Assembly (NCBI GenBank): GCA_043813605.1
Contig: JBDRKX010000021.1
Location: forward strand, 1-10,612
Length of the DNA: 10,612 nucleotides
Source: Elusimicrobiota bacterium
Lineage (GTDB): Bacteria; CG03; SLGR01; JBDRKX01
Reading direction: 5' to 3'
How positions within the stretch are numbered: the first letter of the stretch is position 1; each line of letters begins with the position of its first letter. Made by a program: the position numbers and the translations under genes. A model generated the notes under the pieces. That model worked only from the letters and a program-made list of their open reading frames with translations, searched no databases and was not told where the DNA came from. Below are positions 1 through 7,766 of the stretch, one piece after another.

Positions 1-83
1 CAGCCTCCTGTGATTCCTAAATGCAAGGTTTTTTGGGGGTACCTTACGCTTTCCTTGCACTTATTCCTTATCTACATGTCAAT

Positions 84-112
84 ATTATACTTTTTTGTCG
101 TCTATTATTCTA
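84..112 (-). promoter_or_regulatory. Putative sigma70 promoter for a divergent gene beyond the left edge
   Basis: Minus strand reads TAGAAT (112-107), 17 bp, TATAAT (89-84). A Shine-Dalgarno-like AGGAGG lies on the minus strand at 9-4, so a start codon probably sits just outside the window. Confidence 0.4.
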
Positions 113-180
113 TACCTTTTGCTTTTTTCCAGAGGCCCTACTTATGCAGGTGTCAATAATACAATCAGTTGATCCTGCAA

Positions 181-209
181 TTGACTGAAAATCCAGATTA
201 GTATACAAT
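181..209 (+). promoter_or_regulatory. Sigma70-type promoter of the moxR-DUF58 operon
   Basis: TTGACT (181-186), 17 bp spacer, TACAAT (204-209); both hexamers match consensus 5/6. It is followed by SD GGAGG (239-243) and ATG at 249. Confidence 0.7.
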
Positions 210-248
210 TAATTTTACCGGTTTCAGTTTATTAACAGGGAGGATCAA

Positions 249-1232
249 ATGGAACTCAAAGCGATCGAAGAAAAGATAAAAAAAGGGAGCGGTTTTATCT
301 CTTTACTCATGACAGAGATGGGAAAAGTCATCGTGGGTCAGGATAACCTTATCCAGAGACTCCTTATAGTACTGTTATGTAAAGGGCATCTGCTTATCGA
401 AGGCGTACCGGGACTTGCCAAGACACTCGCAGTTAAAACACTCTCCCAGTCAATGAAACTCAGCTTTAAACGCATACAGTTCACCCCCGATCTTCTGCCG
501 GCAGATCTGGTTGGCACACTTGTGTATAATATCAAGGATTCTGAATTCATCCCTAAATTGGGACCCCTTTTCGCACAGGTTATTCTTGCAGATGAAATAA
601 ACAGGGCTCCAGCTAAAGTGCAAAGCGCGCTTCTTGAAGCTATGCAGGAACAGCAGGTGACGATAGGTGAGAATACTCACAAGCTTCCCGAACCGTTTCT
701 TGTCATGGCTACTCAGAATCCCATCGAACAGGAAGGGACGTACCCTCTGCCTGAAGCCCAGGTAGACAGGTTTATGCTGAAAGTAAAAGTAGACTATCCG
801 TCCAGAGCCGAGGAAAAAAAGATACTTGACAAAGTGGCGGTAGAAGGGCTTCCCGATATTGATAAGATCATAGGATTGGATGAGATCAAGAAAGCCCAGG
901 AACTTGTCAGGACAGTATATGTAGATGAGAGGATAAAAGACTATGTCGTTAACCTGATAATTTCTACCCGTGATCCTGCTCAAAACGGACTCCCCGGTCT
1001 CGAAAAACTCATTGAATACGGCGCCAGTCCGCGTGCTACCATATATATGATAGGAGCCGCCAGGGCATACGCATTTATAAAGCAGCGCGGCTTTGTAATA
1101 CCCGATGACATTAAAGAAGTAGGATATGATGTACTGCGCCACAGGATAATCCTGAGCTATGAAGCCGAGGCGGAAGAGATGACTCCCGAAGATATCATTA
1201 AAGAGATATTTTCAAAGGTAGAAGTACCCTGA
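249..1232 (+). CDS. moxR: MoxR-family AAA+ ATPase
   Basis: 327 aa. Motifs: VIVGQ, HLLIEGVPGLAKT (Walker A), RIQFTPDLLPADLVG, ILADEINRAPAKVQSALLEAMQE (Walker B), ATQNPIEQEGTYPLPEAQVDRF, GASPRA, VLRHRI. Strong SD. Confidence 0.97.
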   Translation: MELKAIEEKIKKGSGFISLLMTEMGKVIVGQDNLIQRLLIVLLCKGHLLIEGVPGLAKTLAVKTLSQSMKLSFKRIQFTPDLLPADLVGTLVYNIKDSEFIPKLGPLFAQVILADEINRAPAKVQSALLEAMQEQQVTIGENTHKLPEPFLVMATQNPIEQEGTYPLPEAQVDRFMLKVKVDYPSRAEEKKILDKVAVEGLPDIDKIIGLDEIKKAQELVRTVYVDERIKDYVVNLIISTRDPAQNGLPGLEKLIEYGASPRATIYMIGAARAYAFIKQRGFVIPDDIKEVGYDVLRHRIILSYEAEAEEMTPEDIIKEIFSKVEVP

Positions 1233-1257
1233 CACGCAATTAAGCAGCTTAAACGAT

Positions 1258-2121
1258 ATGATTTCACCTGAGGTCTGGAAAGAGATACTGAAGATATTCT
1301 ACGCCGTAAGGAAATCCGTAGAAAATGTCTTTGCCGGCGATTATAAAAGTGTTTTTAAAGGTCAGGGGCTCGAATTCAGCGAAGTAAGGGAATATATCCC
1401 GGGTGATGATTTCAGGAGTATCGACTGGAAAGTCACCGCGAGATACGGGCATCCGTATATAAAAAAATTCGTTGAAGAGCGGGAACTCACCTTGATAATA
1501 CTGCTGGATACGAGTACCTCCCTTGATTTCGGAACAGTAAGATCCAAAAAGGAACTTGCCGCGGAACTGACTGCACTGCTCTCGTGGGCTGCTATTGTCA
1601 ACAACGACCGTATAGGCATGCTGATATTCTCTGATAAAGTGGAAAAATACATCCGCCCGCGCAAGGGAAAGCACCAGATACTCACCCTTATCAGAGAGGT
1701 GCTGGCATCTCCCTCCACAGGAAAGAAGACGGATCTTAAAACTGCTCTTGAATACCTGTACAAGATGACAAGAAAAAGAGCCATCATATTTATAATAAGC
1801 GATTTTATGTGTTCCGATTATGAAAAACCATTGAGTATATTATGCCGCAAACACGAGGTTATTCCGATATTCATCTCTGATCCGTGGGAAGAAGATCTGG
1901 CGCTCAAAGGTTCACTTTATTCTGAAGACACCGAGACCGGCGGATTCTATTATATTGATTCTGGAAAAAGGAAACGCATTAAAAATGACCTGACTCAGCT
2001 CCGCAGCGAAACGCGTAAGATATTCAATGATACCGGTATCGACCACCTTGAACTTTACACCGATCGTTCTTATCTCAAGGACCTGTTTCTATTTTTCCGG
2101 CGGCGGTTCAATAAAAGATAA
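1258..2121 (+). CDS. DUF58 domain-containing protein (VWA-like MoxR partner)
   Basis: 287 aa. GDYKSVFKGQGLEFSEVREYIPGDDFRSIDWKVTAR is the DUF58 signature. Also a MIDAS-like LLDTSTS, NDRIG and IISDF. Canonical position directly after moxR. Confidence 0.93.
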   Translation: MISPEVWKEILKIFYAVRKSVENVFAGDYKSVFKGQGLEFSEVREYIPGDDFRSIDWKVTARYGHPYIKKFVEERELTLIILLDTSTSLDFGTVRSKKELAAELTALLSWAAIVNNDRIGMLIFSDKVEKYIRPRKGKHQILTLIREVLASPSTGKKTDLKTALEYLYKMTRKRAIIFIISDFMCSDYEKPLSILCRKHEVIPIFISDPWEEDLALKGSLYSEDTETGGFYYIDSGKRKRIKNDLTQLRSETRKIFNDTGIDHLELYTDRSYLKDLFLFFRRRFNKR

Positions 2122-2126
2122 CAGCA

Positions 2127-3401
2127 CTACGGCTGGCAGATACGGTTTTTCCCTTCTTCTTTTGCCTTGTATAGCATCGTATCTGCGGCTCTGATCAGCG
2201 TTTCCGTCGTTTTTGCATTGTCGGGAAAATAGGAAATGCCCATACTGATCGTAGTAGGGGTATCCTTTTCCACAAGCTTCCATATCTTCTGAGACTTTTT
2301 GATAGTGCCTTCCCGGTCAGCCATGGGCATATAGATCGCGAACTCTTCTCCCCCGTAGCGGCCGGCAAAATCCGAGCTGTAAATATTATGCCTTATTATT
2401 TCAGATACATCTTTCAGGAGTTTATCTCCCATCGGGTGTCCGTATGTGTCGTTATAGTTTTTAAAATTGTCCAAATCGGCCATAATAAAAGCTATTTTAT
2501 AATCCTCGCGGCGAGCCCTTTTTATTTCGCCTTCAAGCCTTCTGAAAAAATGTTTCCTGAGATAAAGCCCGGTCAAACCGTCTATCCTTGAAAGCACTTT
2601 CACCCTCTCGTAGAGTATAGTTTTTTCATATCCCAGGTTTATCTGCGAAATAAGCACCTCAGCTTCTCTTATGTTCTTTGCATTAAGTTTGCCCTTACAG
2701 ATTATAAGTCCGATATTCCTGTCGCCTGTTTTGAGTTCAAATTTGAAGAGATCGTCTCCTGTCCTGTTCTTTATATTATCGATCTCTTCCAGCCATATGA
2801 AAGCTGTCTTTTCATCGATATTCATGGTTTTCAGTATCTCATACTTGCCGCCCGTCGAAGTATAGAAAGCTAACATATTCACATCTATCTTCAGATTGAG
2901 TGATTCAAGCGACTTCTCCGCAAGTTCCTCGGAGTTGGTTATCTGTTCAATATCCTTTGACAGCTCATATAATTTGGTAAACCTGTTGATATCATTATCA
3001 TGGGCGCCGACTCTGCGTTTTGATTTTCTATACTCCTTTAATATGTCTTTCTTTTTGAGTTCCAGCATATCCATGTTGGTCAGGAATTTCAGGCGATTCA
3101 TCTTTTTTACAGAACTTATTTTAAGCGACGGGATCAATGCAAGAAATATTGCCAGACTGTAATACTTATGGAAACCGGCACCGAAAACAGCGAAGAACGA
3201 AGCAATGGCTATTGTAAAGAAGAACAGGTTTCTGCTGTCGTCTCTGAGTCTTCCCAATTCGAGTATCAATAAGACCGAAGCCATTCCAAGTATAGAAAAA
3301 ATCAGATCAGTATCCGATGTTATCAAAAAACTCAGGATAGAAAACAGCACGAATGCAAGAAAAAGAATATACGCCTGTTTCCTTTTTCTGTCAGTCTTCA
3401 T
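2127..3401 (-). CDS. Membrane-anchored sensor diguanylate cyclase (N-terminal TM helices, coiled coil, reduced GAF-like region, GGDEF domain with GGEEF)
   Basis: 424 aa. Hydrophobic first ~95 aa; DGLTGLYLR, MADLDNFKNYNDTYGHPMGD, GRYGGEEF (GGEEF at 2354-2340), ADTMLYKAKEEGKNR. The I-site position reads YSSD instead of RxxD. Confidence 0.92.
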   Translation of the reverse strand: MKTDRKRKQAYILFLAFVLFSILSFLITSDTDLIFSILGMASVLLILELGRLRDDSRNLFFFTIAIASFFAVFGAGFHKYYSLAIFLALIPSLKISSVKKMNRLKFLTNMDMLELKKKDILKEYRKSKRRVGAHDNDINRFTKLYELSKDIEQITNSEELAEKSLESLNLKIDVNMLAFYTSTGGKYEILKTMNIDEKTAFIWLEEIDNIKNRTGDDLFKFELKTGDRNIGLIICKGKLNAKNIREAEVLISQINLGYEKTILYERVKVLSRIDGLTGLYLRKHFFRRLEGEIKRARREDYKIAFIMADLDNFKNYNDTYGHPMGDKLLKDVSEIIRHNIYSSDFAGRYGGEEFAIYMPMADREGTIKKSQKIWKLVEKDTPTTISMGISYFPDNAKTTETLIRAADTMLYKAKEEGKNRICQP

Positions 3402-4716
3402 AATACGTATCCGAGAATATTACTCTGTTCTTTCCTTTTTTTTTGCCGGTATAAAGAGCTTCATCAGCCCGCATGATAAGTACTTCCGCAGTAGGATTCT
3501 CCGGGAAGCTCGCCGCGCCGACTGTCACTGTTACAGATACTTTCCTGTAATCAAACACAAATTCTATAGCACCCACGGATATCCGGATCCTTTCGGCGAT
3601 GTCCTTCGCTTTTTGCTTGCTGATGTTATGAAGTATGACTGCGATCTCCTCGCCGCCGTAACGTCCCACTACATCTGTTTCGCGTACGATCTGCTGTATG
3701 GTATCACTGACGTTTTTCAATACGATATCTCCGGTTTGATGGCCGTATGTATCGTTGAAATGTTTAAAATTATCGATGTCTAACATGAGCAGGATAAAGT
3801 TCTCATTATAACGGGCAGCTCTCTTGACTTCCTCTTCGAGCCTTTCCTTGAAGTATATATGCGTATATAATCCGGTCAGATCGTCTGTGATCGCAAGCTC
3901 CTGTGTGCGCCGGAAAAGTCTTGCCTTTTCGAGTGCAATCGAAGAAAGAGTAGTGGCAACATTCAGCAGTCTCAGGTCTGAATGACTGAAAGGGCTGCTT
4001 TTTGATTCCAGCTTAATAGTCCCCACGACTTCATTATTCTGAAAAAGAGGGCATACGATCAGGGACTTGATAGAAGCACCGAAGCGTTTTTTGAACCGGT
4101 AATCCTTGAAGGTATTTTCTATTAAAAGCGGTGCTTTTTTTTCGTGGACCCATTTATCATACTGGTCCTCAGGGATCGTCAAAAGACTCATTTTTTTCCC
4201 CGGAAAGAATTTCCTTACATATTCAAGAACAAACGAATATAACCTGGAATCATTGAAAGAAGTACTTAGTTTAAAAGAAAACTCAGCCATCTTCACATAC
4301 CTGGCTCTCATTTCCTTGAGTATCGGTATCATCTGGGAAAATTTTTCTTCTTCTGTTATGAGTTCTCCCAGGTTTTTCTCTTTATTCTCTATTTCCAGGT
4401 TCTGTTTACCGTATTCTCTGCTTACTTCGATAAGGTATTTGTTCAGGATTATTATGATCCCCCAGTATGTAAGTATAGCTGCGACAGCAAACCAGCTCTC
4501 CGCGATTATGAGTGTTCCCAATGCGACAAACATGGAGAGTGTCGCGAGAAGTACTGCTCCGTACAATGAGAAGAGCGCGAAAGCTATTATCTCGAGCATC
4601 AGGTAAAGCGCAAGATATTTATTGGGAGAGGGGCTGTTTACCAGTGCTATTGTAAGAACGGTGAATGTTACCGCTATAAGTATGCCGCTTACTACTTCGT
4701 TGTATACTCTTTTCAT
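3391..4716 (-). CDS. Membrane-anchored sensor diguanylate cyclase (TM helices, coiled coil, GAF-like domain, GGDEF domain with GGEEI and RxxD I-site)
   Basis: 441 aa. About four hydrophobic segments; GAF-like KSLIVCPL...VVGTIKLES...FSHSDLRLL; TDDLTGLY, LDIDNFKHFNDTYGHQTGD, RETDVVGRYGGEEI, ADEALYTGKKKGKNRV. Overlaps the next gene by 11 bp. Confidence 0.92.
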   Translation of the reverse strand: MKRVYNEVVSGILIAVTFTVLTIALVNSPSPNKYLALYLMLEIIAFALFSLYGAVLLATLSMFVALGTLIIAESWFAVAAILTYWGIIIILNKYLIEVSREYGKQNLEIENKEKNLGELITEEEKFSQMIPILKEMRARYVKMAEFSFKLSTSFNDSRLYSFVLEYVRKFFPGKKMSLLTIPEDQYDKWVHEKKAPLLIENTFKDYRFKKRFGASIKSLIVCPLFQNNEVVGTIKLESKSSPFSHSDLRLLNVATTLSSIALEKARLFRRTQELAITDDLTGLYTHIYFKERLEEEVKRAARYNENFILLMLDIDNFKHFNDTYGHQTGDIVLKNVSDTIQQIVRETDVVGRYGGEEIAVILHNISKQKAKDIAERIRISVGAIEFVFDYRKVSVTVTVGAASFPENPTAEVLIMRADEALYTGKKKGKNRVIFSDTYYED

Positions 4717-4792
4717 TATATACAGATTTCCCTGATGTTATTAGTACGTTTTCGTGAAACTCGATTCTTTTTCTTTATTTAGGATCATATAA

Positions 4793-4820
4793 ATTATACA
4801 AGAAAATAAATAATACACAA
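4793..4820 (-). promoter_or_regulatory. Putative promoter of the tandem diguanylate cyclase genes
   Basis: Minus strand TTGTGT (4820-4815), 16 bp, TATAAT (4798-4793), about 77 bp upstream of the ATG at 4716. Confidence 0.35.
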
Positions 4821-4828
4821 ACACCATA

Positions 4829-4853
4829 AGATAAAATAATCTCACTTTTATCT
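4829..4853. promoter_or_regulatory. Inverted repeat, candidate transcription-factor operator
   Basis: AGATAAAA-taatctcac-TTTTATCT: perfect 8-bp arms with a 9-bp spacer, lying between the two divergent promoters. Confidence 0.4.
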
Positions 4854-4863
4854 GCCGCACATG

Positions 4864-4893
4864 TTGACATACTGAACAGAAATCTGCTAATAA
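4864..4893 (+). promoter_or_regulatory. Putative promoter of the sucCD-like operon
   Basis: Perfect TTGACA at 4864-4869, then TG-C-TAATAA (4885-4893; extended -10-like, 18 bp spacer). The -10 hexamer is weak. Confidence 0.45.
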
Positions 4894-4931
4894 AATATTG
4901 CTTTATCGGATCCTAATCCGGAACATAATAA

Positions 4932-6059
4932 ATGAAACTGTTTGAATACGAAGCAAAAGAGGTTTTTAAGAGGAACGGCATACCTGTCCCGTCAGGTATC
5001 CTTATATATGAACCGGAGACGGGGAAAGGGTTTTTCTCCGAAAACTCTCCCGTTGTCATCAAAGCGCAGATACTCTCTGGCGGAAGAGGGAAAGCGGGCG
5101 GTATAAAATTCGCTTCCACGATAGAAGAATACGAAAAAGAGACTGTCTGCCTTCTGGGTTCAATGATCAATGACCTGCCCGTAAACAGTATCCTTGTCGA
5201 ACCTAAACTCGATATAATAAAAGAATTCTACGCAGGGTATACCATAAACCGGTCAAAAGCAAAAATCGTACTTATGCTTTCCGCGAGCGGTGGCGTGGAT
5301 ATCGAGACTCTCGCATCCGAAACTCCGGAAGCGATACACAAATATGAAATTGATATAAATACCGGCCCGGATCCGGTAATATTAAGGGAACTTTCTTTTA
5401 AAATCGCTCCAGACACAGATATAGCTGAAAAAGTATTTAAAGTGATCAATGATCTTTACAATGTGTTTACCCGGTATGAGTGCGAAGTGGCAGAGATCAA
5501 TCCTCTTGTCCTGACATCTTCCGGCGACCTTCTTGCGGCAGATGCGAGGATATCCATTTACGATGAGGCTGCATCGAAACACCCTGATTATATCAAAGAA
5601 GAAGATTCTTATTCGGACCTGGAAAAAGAAGCCATGAAACAGGGTCTCGGGTATGTCATGATGGACGGTGATATCGGTGTTATCGGTAACGGTGCCGGAT
5701 TGAATATGGCAACACTGGATATAATCACATATTTCGGCGGAAAACCCGCCAATTTTCTTGAAGTATCGGGAAGGACTTACCATAAAGCCCGTGAAGCGGT
5801 CGGTATCATACTGAAAAATCCTAATGTCAGGATACTGTTCGGTAATTTTTTCGGTTGTATATCAAGATGCGATGTTATCGCAATGGGACTGGCAGAAGCT
5901 GTAAGAAAAAACGAGATCAATGTGCCTGTTGTCATAGCGATGCGCGGAACAGGCGCCGAAGAAGGAGTCCTGACTCTTAAAGAAGTGGGACTGGATGATG
6001 TTTACGCGGACGATATTGATGCCGGCCGGCGCGTAGCAGAATTACTTAAAGGGATGTAG
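4932..6059 (+). CDS. sucC: ADP/GDP-forming acyl-CoA ligase beta subunit (succinyl-CoA synthetase beta family, divergent substrate loops)
   Basis: 375 aa. MKLFEYEAK, VIKAQILSGGRGKAGGIK (ATP-grasp), EINPL, GDIGVIGNGAGLNMATLD, GGKPANFL, RCD, VVIAMRGT. Family assignment is firm; succinate specificity is doubtful. Confidence 0.9.
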   Translation: MKLFEYEAKEVFKRNGIPVPSGILIYEPETGKGFFSENSPVVIKAQILSGGRGKAGGIKFASTIEEYEKETVCLLGSMINDLPVNSILVEPKLDIIKEFYAGYTINRSKAKIVLMLSASGGVDIETLASETPEAIHKYEIDINTGPDPVILRELSFKIAPDTDIAEKVFKVINDLYNVFTRYECEVAEINPLVLTSSGDLLAADARISIYDEAASKHPDYIKEEDSYSDLEKEAMKQGLGYVMMDGDIGVIGNGAGLNMATLDIITYFGGKPANFLEVSGRTYHKAREAVGIILKNPNVRILFGNFFGCISRCDVIAMGLAEAVRKNEINVPVVIAMRGTGAEEGVLTLKEVGLDDVYADDIDAGRRVAELLKGM

Positions 6060-6929
6060 ATGTCAATACTGATAAACAGAAATACCCGTATCCTCGTTTC
6101 CGGCATAACCGGCAAAGAAGGAACGTTCCATACTGAAAAGATGACAAGGTACGGAGCTCAAGTCGTATGCGGCGTAACTCCGGGCAAGGGCGGCCAGGTC
6201 CATATAAGTATACCTGTTTATGATTCCGTTAAAGAAGCGCTCGAAAACCACCAGGTGGATGCATGCGGTATTTTCGTGCCTTCAAAATTCACTGTAAATG
6301 CTGTGAACGAAGCGGTCGGGGAAGGAATAGGTCTTGTTGTCGTGATAACCGAAGGGATCTGCCCGCACGATTCGATGAGATTCATATCAGCAGCCAAACG
6401 GGAGAATATAACGCTGCTCGGACCCAACACGCCGGGACTCCTGGTACCGGGAGAGAGCAAGATAGGCGTGCTCGCAACAGAATATGTAAAAAAAGGGAAA
6501 GTAGGAGTGATATCGAGAAGCGGGACACTTACTGTTGAAGTATGCTACTACCTGCTCAAAAAAGGTTACGGACAGTCTTCCGTGATCGGACTTGGCGGAG
6601 ATCCTGTGGTCGGTTCGACTTTCACTGATATATACAGACTTTTCGAAAAAGACGATGAGACTGAAGCCGTTGCAATAATAGGAGAAATAGGCGGGACTAT
6701 GGAAGAAGAATTGGCGGAATATATAAAAAACTCTCCTCTAAAAAAACCTGCCGTGGCATTCATAGCGGGGCAAAACGCCCCCAAAGGAAAAAGGCTGGGG
6801 CATGCCGGCGCAATAATAGAAGGATCTATGGGATCGGCTGAATCAAAAATAGAAGCACTTGAATCAGCGGGTGTACCGGTGGCGCGGGTTCCGTGGGAGA
6901 TAGGTGAAATATTAAAAGGATTATTATGA
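6060..6929 (+). CDS. sucD: ADP/GDP-forming acyl-CoA ligase alpha subunit (succinyl-CoA synthetase alpha family)
   Basis: 289 aa. GITGKEGTFH, GVTPGKGG, ITEGI, GPNTPG, SRSGTLT, GLGGDP, IGEIGG, GKRLGHAGA (phospho-His248, codon 6801-6803). The ATG abuts the sucC stop. Confidence 0.93.
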   Translation: MSILINRNTRILVSGITGKEGTFHTEKMTRYGAQVVCGVTPGKGGQVHISIPVYDSVKEALENHQVDACGIFVPSKFTVNAVNEAVGEGIGLVVVITEGICPHDSMRFISAAKRENITLLGPNTPGLLVPGESKIGVLATEYVKKGKVGVISRSGTLTVEVCYYLLKKGYGQSSVIGLGGDPVVGSTFTDIYRLFEKDDETEAVAIIGEIGGTMEEELAEYIKNSPLKKPAVAFIAGQNAPKGKRLGHAGAIIEGSMGSAESKIEALESAGVPVARVPWEIGEILKGLL

Positions 6930-7756
6930 AAAACAATCTTACAGTATGCGGAATACAAATAGAGAGCATCACATGTGACATCGACGGGAACATCACTAAG
7001 GCGCTGGAATGGATCGAAAGATGCAAAGAGTCATATGAACCGGATCTCGTAGTCTTCCCTGAAACATACACCACAGGGTTTGCTACCGGACTGAACGCTG
7101 AAGAATTGAGTAATCTTGTCGATCAAATACCGGGCAAAACAACCGATAAGATAGCCGAAGCCGCAAAAAAATATTCGGTCAACATAGTCTGGCCGACCTA
7201 TGAACCAGCCAGTGAGAAAGGCGTATACAACTCCGCGGTGCTAATAGGCGATGATGGCGATATAAAGGGAGTATACAGGAAGATACACCCGTTCCCTACA
7301 GAAAAAGAATGGACAGTCCCGGGTACCGGCATAGATGTCTATGAAACATCTATAGGAAGAATAGGCATGATGATATGCTATGACGGTGATTTTCCGGAAC
7401 TGGCCAGGATAATGGGTATAAAAAAATGCGATATTATCGTAAGGCCTTCAGCTTTCCTTCGCTCGTTCGATACCTGGAAACTCACAAATTCCGCCAGGGC
7501 GTATGACAGCCGGGCTTATGTAGTCGCAGTGAATGCAGTTGGCAAAGATAAAGGCGAGCAGTACTACTATGGCCACAGCATGATAGTCTCTCCTTTGGGA
7601 CACCGGCTGGCGCAGGGACTCTGCAGGGAAGAGGTAATATACGCAACATTGAGTAATGAACCGCTGAAATACGCGAGTTACGGGAGCGAAGCGCCGATGT
7701 TATCGGATAACATCGGACTGAGAAATCCTTCTGCTTATAAAGGTCTTTTAGAATGA
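6926..7756 (+). CDS. Carbon-nitrogen hydrolase (nitrilase superfamily) amidohydrolase
   Basis: 276 aa. Catalytic triad Glu46 (VFPET), Lys119 (YRKIHP), Cys151 (ICYDGDFPE); YNSAVLI, GHSMIVSP. ATGA overlap with the sucD stop. Confidence 0.93.
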   Translation: MKNNLTVCGIQIESITCDIDGNITKALEWIERCKESYEPDLVVFPETYTTGFATGLNAEELSNLVDQIPGKTTDKIAEAAKKYSVNIVWPTYEPASEKGVYNSAVLIGDDGDIKGVYRKIHPFPTEKEWTVPGTGIDVYETSIGRIGMMICYDGDFPELARIMGIKKCDIIVRPSAFLRSFDTWKLTNSARAYDSRAYVVAVNAVGKDKGEQYYYGHSMIVSPLGHRLAQGLCREEVIYATLSNEPLKYASYGSEAPMLSDNIGLRNPSAYKGLLE

Positions 7757-7766
7757 ACAGCAGCCG

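Noticed and set aside
1..248. c-di-GMP riboswitch or other known RNA gene in the intergenic regions
   Set aside because: No c-di-GMP-I/II consensus, tRNA cloverleaf, rRNA or CRISPR repeat-spacer pattern was recognised here or at 4717-4931.
450..1142. 230-aa antisense ORF, plus the other antisense and alternate-frame ORFs in the track (e.g. 1264-1674, 3205-3783, 4106-4606, 7482-7892)
   Set aside because: They lie over well-supported genes and show no recognisable motifs; treated as shadow ORFs.
3436..3444. T9 homopolymer near the 3' end of the upstream DGC as a phase-variation tract
   Set aside because: It encodes KKK within the conserved K..GKNR motif, the frame is intact, and A/T runs are common in this window.
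4864..4884. AACAGAAAT after TTGACA shared by the sucC promoter and the right-edge promoter
   Set aside because: The spacing from TTGACA differs and the same 9-mer occurs inside sucD coding sequence, so it is probably chance.
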